Part shown: piece by piece, positions 19,305-28,900 of the stretch | Layout: each line of letters begins with the position of its first letter | How positions within the stretch are numbered: the stretch's first letter is position 1 | Source: Methanobrevibacter sp. | GTDB lineage: Archaea; Methanobacteriota; Methanobacteria; Methanobacteriales; Methanobacteriaceae | DNA: 32,000 bases | Assembly (NCBI GenBank): GCA_051892775.1 | Contig: JBJFGN010000018.1 | Span: forward strand, 1 to 32,000 | Direction: 5' to 3' | Program-made: the position numbers and the translations under genes | The notes under the pieces: model-generated | Databases searched by the model: none | What the model was told of the DNA's origin: nothing | What the model saw: the letters and a program-made list of their open reading frames with translations, nothing else

Positions 19305-19497
19305 AACATTTAATATTTTTTTATATTTTTCTATTTTTTTTAATTTATATTGTAATAAAATAATTAGTTTTATAAATTATAAGATTTATATTTATGAATG
19401 TTATAATATTTAGTTTAAGATTAATAATAATATTGCATTGATTTTTTTAATTTATTTATTGTCATGTTATTTTTATTATAATTTGGAGGAAGAGAAT

Positions 19498-19989
19498 ATG
19501 TCTTGGGAGAATATGCCTTCACATATATGTAGGGGAGGAGACCTTAGGGGATTAACTTTTTGTTGTCCACCAGTTAAACCATGTCCACTTTTAAATGCTT
19601 TACATGAGGCTGGACTTTCACCTCAAGAATATGTTGATATTAAAACTAAATTCGCTAAAGAAACAAGATTGGGAGAAGGTCCTGGAACTTGTTTTGGTTC
19701 TTTAGTTTGGTGTTGTAAGCCGACTAAACCATGTCCATTAAGGGATATGTCTATGAGAAACATTAACATGAGCGTTGAAGAGTATACTAATTTGAAAAAA
19801 CAATTATCTGAAGAATTAATTGCAAAATCTAAAATTAAAAATACTGATGATGAAAATGTTACTGCTCTTGTAAATGCATTTCAAATTGAACCCAATGAAG
19901 CTAAAAAGGTTTTATCTGATTGTGGGGATGATTTAAGGATGGCTATTAAAATATTAAGAGTTAAGTCATTAAAAGAAGAGTCTGATTAA
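19498..19989 (+). CDS. Cys-rich tandem-domain protein (putative methanogenesis marker domain 9-like) with C-terminal UBA-like domain
   Basis: 163 aa from ATG 19498 (SD GGAGGA). Two copies of a C...CCxPxKPCPL module ([22 protein letters not shown] and [18 protein letters not shown]), each followed by a xxEY helix. C-terminal [31 protein letters not shown] resembles NAC/EF-Ts-type UBA domains. The family name is from memory and unverified. Confidence 0.5.
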   Translation: MSWENMPSHICRGGDLRGLTFCCPPVKPCPLLNALHEAGLSPQEYVDIKTKFAKETRLGEGPGTCFGSLVWCCKPTKPCPLRDMSMRNINMSVEEYTNLKKQLSEELIAKSKIKNTDDENVTALVNAFQIEPNEAKKVLSDCGDDLRMAIKILRVKSLKEESD

Positions 19990-20040
19990 TTTTTTATTTT
20001 TTTACTATTTTTTATATATTTTTAAATTTTAAGTGTTATT

Positions 20041-20721
20041 ATGTCCTGGTTAAACCTTTATTTTAATGTTAAAGATAAAAATATTTTTATTTTAGGTACT
20101 GGTGAAGTTGCTACTCGTAGAGCAATTAGATTTTTAGATAAGGGGGCAAATGTTGTTCTTGCTGGTGATAAGTTAGATAGTTTGCTTATTGATAAAGGGG
20201 CTAAACTTATTAGGATATTCACTAATTTATATAAGTTTGATGAAGATACTCAAATGGAATATATGAAATCAAATATGGAACTTGTTAAAAGGGAAGTTGA
20301 AAAAGCAGATTTCATAATTATTGCAACTGGGGATTATGAACTTGCAGATTATACTTCAAAGATTTCACAAGGAAAACTTTTAAATAGGGCTGATAAAACT
20401 GATGATGGAAATGTTATAGTTCCTACTAGTTTTTATATTGGGGATGTTGAATTTTCAATATTTACTGGTGGTAAAAGTCCACTTATGGCAAAAAAATTAA
20501 GAGAAAAAATCCAGTCTATAATTACAGATGATGAAATTTTAGAAATAGAAATCCAGGATTATGCAAGAAAAAAACTTAAAAATACTGTGGATAATCCTAA
20601 AAGAAGAAAAGAAATTCTTTATGAAATTTTAGAGGATATTAATATAAAAAAAGCTATTGAAAATAAGGATATTGATAAAATTAAAGTTCTTGTTGATGAG
20701 CTAATTGAGTATAAAGTTTAA
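20041..20721 (+). CDS. sirC: Precorrin-2 dehydrogenase / sirohydrochlorin ferrochelatase-like (siroheme synthase N-terminal domain family)
   Basis: 226 aa. Rossmann motif IFILGTGEVATRRAIRFLDKGANVVL and the overall layout of CysG-N/Met8p/SirC. Located immediately upstream of hemA. Confidence 0.8.
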   Translation: MSWLNLYFNVKDKNIFILGTGEVATRRAIRFLDKGANVVLAGDKLDSLLIDKGAKLIRIFTNLYKFDEDTQMEYMKSNMELVKREVEKADFIIIATGDYELADYTSKISQGKLLNRADKTDDGNVIVPTSFYIGDVEFSIFTGGKSPLMAKKLREKIQSIITDDEILEIEIQDYARKKLKNTVDNPKRRKEILYEILEDINIKKAIENKDIDKIKVLVDELIEYKV

Positions 20722-21034
20722 TTTTATATGTCTTTTAATTTAATTTAGATTTTTTTTTAATTGTTGAAATTATTTAAATTTAAATCATTGACTTTATTTT
20801 TAATTTAAAAAATAACTGAACTTAATAAACTTAATTATTTCTATTTTTCAATAGGATCTATTCTTATTTTTATTATTTTAATTATCAGTTTTTAAAGTTT
20901 TATTTAAAGTTTATATTATTTTAAAAATATAATTTAATATACTTTTAAGTATAAATTTATTTTTAATTAGATTAAAATAATTTTTGAAAAATTTTTAAAC
21001 ACTTTGAATCTATTAAAAAATTGGGGAAATTATA

Positions 21035-22276
21035 TTGATATTTAATATTCGTGTTGATTATAAGATGGTTGATATAAAAACCATGGAAATAGTTTATAAT
21101 AATTTAAAAGAATTATTTAATAATATTAAAGAAAAATTTCAGATAAATGAATATGTGGAGATATCTACATGTAACAGACATGAGTTTTATATACATTCTG
21201 ATGCCTTTGCAATAGAGAATGTTTTTAATGATTTTAATAATGAGAATATTATTATGGAATCTGGAGAGGATTCTATATTTCATTTATTTAGGATGAGCTC
21301 TTCTTTAGAATCCATGATTGTTGGTGAAGATCAGATTCTTGGTCAAATTAAAGATTCAAAGAAAAAAGCTGAAAAAGAAGGACATTTGGGTAAAGTTCTT
21401 GATACTTTATTTACTAAGGCAGTTCATGTTGGTCAGGAAGTTAGAAGTAAAACGAATATTAATAAGGGACACATATCTATGGGTTCTGCTGCAGTAGATC
21501 TTGCAGAGGACTATTTAGGTGATTTACAAGATAAATGTGTTTTAGTAATTGGTGCAGGTAAGATGGGGGCTCTTGTTGCTAAAGCATTAGCTGAAAAAAA
21601 TCTGAAAGCTATATTTGTAGCTAATAGAACTTATTATAAAGCAACTAAATTGGCAGAAGAATTAAATGGTCAGGCAATATTTTTTGATGATTTATATAAA
21701 TATCTTCCAATTTCTGATGTTATTATAAGTGCTACAGGATCTCCTCATACTATTATAACAAGAAGTCGTATTGAAGAAGCTACAAATAAAATAAAAAAAG
21801 ATATTAATAAGGATTACACTAACCATAAAATTGTTATAATTGATATTGCTAATCCTAGGGATGTTTCTGAAGATGTTAAAGAAATTGGTGTTAATTTATT
21901 TAATATTGATGATTTAAGGGGAATTGCTGAAAAAACTGCTAATGAAAGAAAAAAGGAGGTTAAGGAAGCAGAAAATATTATCAATTATGAGTTCGATTTA
22001 CTTAAAAATTCATTTAAAATAATGGAAATTGACAATATTCTTGCTAGTTTAAGGTCATCTATGGAAAATATACGTCAACGTGAAGCTGAAAAAGCAATTG
22101 TTAAGTTAGCTGATGTAGATGGAAGTATAAAAATTATAGATAATTTAACAAATTCAATTGTTAATAAAATTTTCTTTGATATTTCTAAAAATATTAAGAA
22201 AGCAGCTTGTAATAATGATGAAGATTTAATAAGGGCTGCAGAAATATTTTTTTTAAATAACAATGAAGATAATTAG
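21035..22276 (+). CDS. hemA: Glutamyl-tRNA reductase
   Basis: 413 aa. Catalytic-Cys motif EISTCNRHEFY, ESMIVGEDQILGQIK and the NADPH motif GAGKMG. TTG start at 21035 with GGGGA 7 nt upstream. The first ATG would delete the conserved N-terminal strand. Confidence 0.9.
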   Translation: MIFNIRVDYKMVDIKTMEIVYNNLKELFNNIKEKFQINEYVEISTCNRHEFYIHSDAFAIENVFNDFNNENIIMESGEDSIFHLFRMSSSLESMIVGEDQILGQIKDSKKKAEKEGHLGKVLDTLFTKAVHVGQEVRSKTNINKGHISMGSAAVDLAEDYLGDLQDKCVLVIGAGKMGALVAKALAEKNLKAIFVANRTYYKATKLAEELNGQAIFFDDLYKYLPISDVIISATGSPHTIITRSRIEEATNKIKKDINKDYTNHKIVIIDIANPRDVSEDVKEIGVNLFNIDDLRGIAEKTANERKKEVKEAENIINYEFDLLKNSFKIMEIDNILASLRSSMENIRQREAEKAIVKLADVDGSIKIIDNLTNSIVNKIFFDISKNIKKAACNNDEDLIRAAEIFFLNNNEDN

Positions 22277-22312
22277 TTATTTTTTTATTGGCATTTTTTT
22301 ACTTTTTTTTTT
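22277..22312 (+). terminator. Oligo-T terminator after hemA
   Basis: T7 (22280-22286), T7 (22294-22300) and T10 (22303-22312) directly after the TAG at 22274-22276. Confidence 0.45.
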
Positions 22313-22836
22313 ACTTATGATTTAAAATCCTAATTTTTTCTAATTATTTTAATTAAAAATTACTATGTTTCTATCACTTGGGCTTTTTTACAAATTTAAT
22401 CTTGTTGAAATTTTTTAAATTTAATTTCTTATTTTTGAATAATTTTATATTTTTTCTTAGGATATTTATTCGTTTTTTTATTTTTGTTCGTAAATTTAGA
22501 TATATTTATATTATATGCGAATTAAATTATTATATACTAAAAATTATTTTTTTATTAATTGATTTTTGCCTCTATTGAAAATATATTTTATTTAAAAATT
22601 TGATTTTATAAAATACATTTTTTTTAAATTTAAAATAATTTTTATCCTAAATTTAAAGAATTTCAATAAGGTTAATCTTTTTTAATGAAATTATATTTTT
22701 TAGTAAATTATTAAAAATTATGTAAATTTTTAATTTTTGGATATAAGTTAAGTATGACTTTTTATAATTTTATTTATCTTTTAAATAATTTTATTAAAAT
22801 GAACTATTTGCTTATTGTTGTTTATATGTGATAAAT

Positions 22837-22914
22837 ATGAAAAATTCAAAGAAAATATTTATATTTTTTATGATATCTATTCTGATTTTCATATTTTGTG
22901 GAAATGTTTATGCA
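22837..22914 (+). other. Signal peptide of the adhesin-like protein (predicted cleavage after VYA)
   Basis: MKNSKKIFIFFMISILIFIFCGNVYA|AE: basic n-region, hydrophobic core, and an A-x-A-like VYA site. Confidence 0.7.
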
Positions 22915-25900
22915 GCAGAGCTTGCAAATGACTCTTCCTCTTTATCTAATGATGATTCAATTATTGTAAATTGTGAAACTAGTATCACTAATTATAATGA
23001 TAATTTAATTAATTCATCAAGTAATTCTAATAATCATTCTAATTACTTATCTAATGAATCTTCAAAAGATTCAAATATTAGTTCTAATTTTGTTGGTTCT
23101 GCTCAAGAAAATGAAATTTCAAGTAAAAATTCTAGTGCGAATCCTTCATTAATTTTTATTAATACTAGTAATGGTTCCTATTATCCTTTTGTTAATGAAA
23201 CTTTGAATTTTGCACTTTTATTTAATAATACTGGTTCTCAAACAGGATTTCAACCGGTTATTCGATTAATATTACCTCCTGGTTGTGATGAAATTTTAAG
23301 TGCAGAATATTTAGGTTTTCCTTTAGAGCATATTAAAGTAGGTGTATTTTCAGCTATGAACAATTATACCTTAAAAGATCCTTATTCTCGTTTGGATGTT
23401 GTTGGCGCTGAAAACTCAACATTTTATGTATTTAAATTACCTTTTGGTAGTTATACCAATAATCAGCCTGCAATGACAGTGAATTTCACCGCTTTATTAA
23501 ATGGAATTAATGTATTTGATACATTGAAACTTTATGCTACTGCAGAATTTATTTATGGTAATGATCCATTGGATAATCCTGATGTTGATCCACAAATTGT
23601 AGGTAATACTGTTAGTGCTGATGTTAAACCCGTAATTGTTAAATTATATAAAGATTCTTCATTATATGAGGATGAGACTGTTACAGGTCCTAATTTTCCA
23701 TTTAAGTATTATGTTTCTATTAATGTTGCAAATAATGTTACAATTGAAAACTTGACTATTAAGGATGATATTCCATCTGTATTAATGTTTATTAATAATA
23801 GTAAATATCCTATTAGTTTATATTATGGTAATGGAACTTTAATAGATCCTAGTTTGTATACTATTGAGGTAATTCCTAATGGTAATACTACTGGTGGTAA
23901 AATTATTGTAAAATTATCTAATTTAACTGGTACTGGATATGGTGATAAAGATTTATTATTGTCTTATTGGGTTTATGCTCCAAAATATGATAATTCTACT
24001 GGGGAATTAAAAGAGATTCTCACTAAAGATAAAACTTCTTTATTAGTGACTAATAATGTTAACATAACTTATGTTTATGACAATAATACTTTTAATCAAT
24101 CTGATTATGATAATGTCATTTTGAAAGTTATGGCTATTCAAAAATATTCAAGTTCCTATGAAGTAAAACCTAATGAAAATGTTACTTATGTCATTGATTT
24201 CCAACTTTCAGATTATTTTGCATTAAATGATTTTGATGTTTATGATACTGTTGGATATGAATGGGGTAATGCTCAAGTCATTAATCTTAATAGTATTAAA
24301 TTGATAATAAAAAATCAAACCTATTATTTAAATAGTTCTTATTATGATTTTATCCCAAATGAGAAAACTCATGATATCATTATTATCCATGTTTCAAAAT
24401 TTTTAAAAGATAATAATCTTAGTGGATGTATTGGTGGTTATTATAATGAAAGTTCTAATGGTAACCCTTTAGAGGGTTCTCTTTCAATGACATTTAGAAT
24501 TAATGACCATTATTCTAATAATAAAACTTTAGTTGCTCGTGATTATGTTAAAAATGTTGTATTTGGAAATGGTACTCTTTTGAATACTAATATAGCTATT
24601 AATGATTCAAGTTATAAGGAGATTAATATTCTTCCTATGCAATTTTCTAAAGGTATCTATGCAGTTGATGGGATTGTTATAAATAACAATAATACTGTCA
24701 ATGTTCGTCCAGGTCAAAATGTAACATTTATATTAACTTTGGATGTTCCTTTTGGTAATGTAAATAATTTAACTGTTGTTGATTATTTCCCAATACCTTT
24801 CTTTAATTTAGAAAATTTTAATACTACTATGGTTGGTATTGGAACTATTCCTACTGCTAATCATTGGACTTTTACTAATGATACTTATTTCTGTAAGTAT
24901 TTAAATGGTTCATTTGCTTATCCAATAATTTCAATTAATGCTGCTGAAAATACTTTTACAGCATGTGCTCCAGGTACTATTTACAATCCTTTATCTTCAA
25001 ATGATGTAGCAAAAATTTTAATTACAGTCATGGCAACTGATGAACCAATGGGTGATTTACTTAATTTATTAAATTTTGCTCAATTATCTTATGATAATTC
25101 TTTAAATGTAATTTATTCGAATGAAGTATTCATTAATTTAATAACTAATGAACCAAATTTAATTATTAATAAAACTGTAGATAATATTACTGTTGAAAAT
25201 AACACTATTTTATGTTATAATATTACAGTAAAAAACATTGGACATTCTACAGCTTATAATATAACTGTGAAAGATGATTTCATTGATTTATATAAAGATT
25301 TAATTAGAAATGGCAATGTTGTTAATATTACTGCATGTTATGGTAATGGTACTAAATTAGACATCAATGCTAATGATTTATTTGGTGATGGTTTTAAATT
25401 ATCTAAATTAGGTTACACTAATGTATCTAATAATTTTACTATAAGTTACTATGTTAAATTTAATGAAAATCCAAATTTAGGACAAGATATTACTAATACT
25501 GCTAATATAACTTCATTTTATGCAAGGAATAATGCTACAAACTTTGTTAATTCTGGTAATCAGTTTGAGTATTCTGCTAATGCATCAGTTAAAGCAAAGG
25601 ATTTAAATTTTTCTAAAATTTATGTTGGATCTAATATCACTGGTAAAGACGGAGTAACAATTGGAGAAAACTGTACTTTTAATTTAACAATTAATTTACC
25701 TGATTTAATTGCTAAAAATTTAACAATTAATGATACTGTATATGGATTAAAATATTTAGGTTATAATATTGTTAATGAAAATAGTGTGGACTATGATATG
25801 ACTATTAATGGTAGTAATACCGGTATTAAATCAGATATTGTTATTGATATTCATAAAATAATTCCTACTTCTAGTGATGATAATTTGACTATTCAGTTAT

Positions 25901-28900
25901 ATTTCACTCCATTTGATAATGAGTCATCAATTCCTTTAAATAACTTAAATAAAACTATTGTTAACACTGCAGTCTTAACATATCGTGTTAATAATAAAAA
26001 TGTTAACATATATAAATCTGATAAACTTAATGTTTATCAACCAAAAAATTTGATTAATAAATCATTCAATATTACTGAAGTTGAAGGTGGGGATGCAGTA
26101 GAGTGTGTTATCACTGTATTTAATAAGGGTACCTCCATATCTTATAATACGACTATTATTGACGATTTAAATGAATTAATAAATAGATTTATTAAAGATA
26201 ATTCTAGGGATAACATTGAATTTTACTTAAACGGTATTCCAATAACTGAAAACATGACTTGGGTTGGAAATATCGCTGTATTTAATCTTGGTAATTTAAC
26301 TATAGGCCAAAAAGTTAATATAAGTTTTAGATTTAGTATTAAAAAAGATGTAATCATTAATGACACTAAGTATGTCAATTTTGCTAATTTGACTTATTAT
26401 TCTATGCCAGATAATACCACTAATGAAACTAGGACTTATTCATCTGTTAATGGTGCAAGTTTTTATTCTAATGCAACTATTGCTTTGATTAATCCTACTA
26501 TTGAAAAAATATTGGTGGATTCATTAATCAATGGTACTCATTATAATGAGTATAATGAAGCAAGTATTGGTGAACATGTTATATATAATATTAAAGTTCA
26601 TTTATCTAATGGTACTTATAACTCTATTACAATAGTTGATAACCTTCCTGAAGGATTTGAGTATATTGATGGAAGTGCTATCTTTGCTAATGGTACTCCA
26701 ATAACTGATTATGGTAATATTTCTGTTAATCATGATGAAAATAATTTAAAAAGATATATAACTTTAAATTTTGATAATTTACTTGCCCAAGATGTTATTC
26801 GTAATAATCATGGTAATTTCACAATCAACATAACTGTTTTAGTATTAAATAGTTCTTCTAATACTATGGGTGTATCTAAAATTAATAATGCAAGTTTAAA
26901 TTGGAATAATAATGGTTCAGCTTCTGCTAAGTCTAATCCGGTTACTATTGTAGAACCAATATTGAAAATTAATAAAAAATTTAATGAAACCAATATTGAA
27001 GGTAATGATAATATTAGTTTCAATATCACTGTTGGAAATAAGGGTAATACTCCATTATTTAACATTACTGCAATAGATAACATAACTAAGTTAACTTCTG
27101 ATATTGCTTCAAAAGATTCTATTACTTATGATATTCTTCTTGGAGATATAGATAATGTTAATGTTTCTATTGATTATAATACTGGATTAATTACAATTAA
27201 AGTTAAACAATTAAATAAAAATCAAAATATTGTAGTTAGATTTTATTTCAAAGTAAAAGATGATGTTTTAATAGGTAATTCCTATTTAAATATTGTTAAT
27301 GCAAGCGGTATTTCTGTACCTACTGGTGAAGAATTTAGGATTTATTCTAGTTCTGCTAATGATACAATTTATACTAAAAATCCAACTATTAATAAAACTG
27401 TAATTAATTCTACCGTCCCTAATGGTAAGGATAATATTACAATTGGTGAAAATATAACTTATTGTATTGGTGCTAACTTAGCAACTGGTGAATACAATAC
27501 CATTATTATAAATGATACTCTTCCAAATGGTCTTAGGTATGTCAATGGTTCTGTAGCTATTTATAAAGGTGAAACTGGGGATGTTTTACTTAATAGTGAT
27601 GAGTATGAAGTTATTGTAGAAAATAATAGTATAATAATTAAATTTACAAATCCTAGTACAACTACTAAAGATCTAATAGATTATTATAATTCAAAGTTTA
27701 GAGTTTACTTAAATGCTACATTATTAAATATAAGTTCAAATAGTGCAAATCAATCTAAAATAAATAAAGCTGAACTTACTTGGAATAATTTAACTACAAA
27801 GGCAAATTGCACTGTTAATGTAGTTGAACCTAATATTATCATTAGTAAAAATTTCAATAAAACTAATAATGTTCAAGGTAACGATAGTATTAAAATTATT
27901 AGTGTGGTTAAAAACAATGGGGATTCTCCATTATTCAATATTACTGTAGCTGATAATTTAACTGAGTTATTAAATAGATTCATTGAGGATAATGATAGAA
28001 GTAAAATCATTATTAAAATCAATAATCAAGAAGTTAATAATTCTGTAATCTGGAATGGTGGTGTAGTTAATGTTCTTATTAATCAATTAAATGTTGGTGA
28101 AACTGCAAATATTACTTATGAATTTACACTTAAAAATTCAACATTAATTAACAATATTCCATATATTAATAATATTAATGTAACTGCCTATTCTGTACCT
28201 GTTGAAAACAAAGAAGCAAGAGTCTACTTTGCTAATAGTACTGCTAAATTTAATTTAGCAAAACCTTCAATTGATAAAACAGTTATTAACTCTTCTATTG
28301 ATAACGGTTTAAATAATGTTACTATTGGTGAAATTATCACTTATGGTTTAAACATTACTTTACCTATTGGTAATTATACTAATATGGTTATTAATGATGT
28401 TCTTCCTGAAGGATTTAAATTCATAAATTCTTCAAGTATTGGGGGAGTAACTGTTAATGTAAATAATGGTAGGTTTATTAATATAGTTGTAGATTCATTT
28501 AATTCAAACATCTATGATAATAATTTATTAATTAAAATCAATGTACTTGTATTAAATAATAGTAGTAATATTGAAGGCATGGTTAAGGTTAATAATGTAA
28601 ATCTCACTTTAAATGGTGATTTAATAAGTAATAGTAGTGCTGGTGTACGTATTGTCGAACCAGATATAAGTATTAACAAAACAATATCTGGCCATAATAA
28701 TGATACTAAATATAATGTTAATGAAACTGTGGAATATTCAATTATTATTAAGAATAATGGAAATTCTCCAGGTTTTAATATTAAAATAAATGATGTTTTA
28801 CCTGATGATTTGATTTATAAATCTGCTTATGTAAATAATAATTCTTGGTTTGTAAATTATGATGCATCTAAAAAAGAAATCCTAATCACTGGTTCTTATT

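Noticed and set aside
22075-22263. Antisense ORF inside the 3' end of hemA
   Set aside because: It is the shadow frame of a K/E/I/N-rich coding region with no independent support.
22378-22578. 66-aa ORF (MGFFTNLILLKFFKFNFLFL...) in the spacer upstream of the adhesin-like gene
   Set aside because: It has extreme F/L/I/K low complexity, a non-ATG start and no SD. It looks like translated AT-rich intergenic DNA.
22277-22836. Possible phase-variation tracts (T7-T10 homopolymers) in the 560-nt region upstream of the adhesin-like gene
   Set aside because: The T runs sit directly after the hemA stop and are better explained as its oligo-T terminator. No tract lies between a plausible promoter and the adhesin start in a way that would gate expression.
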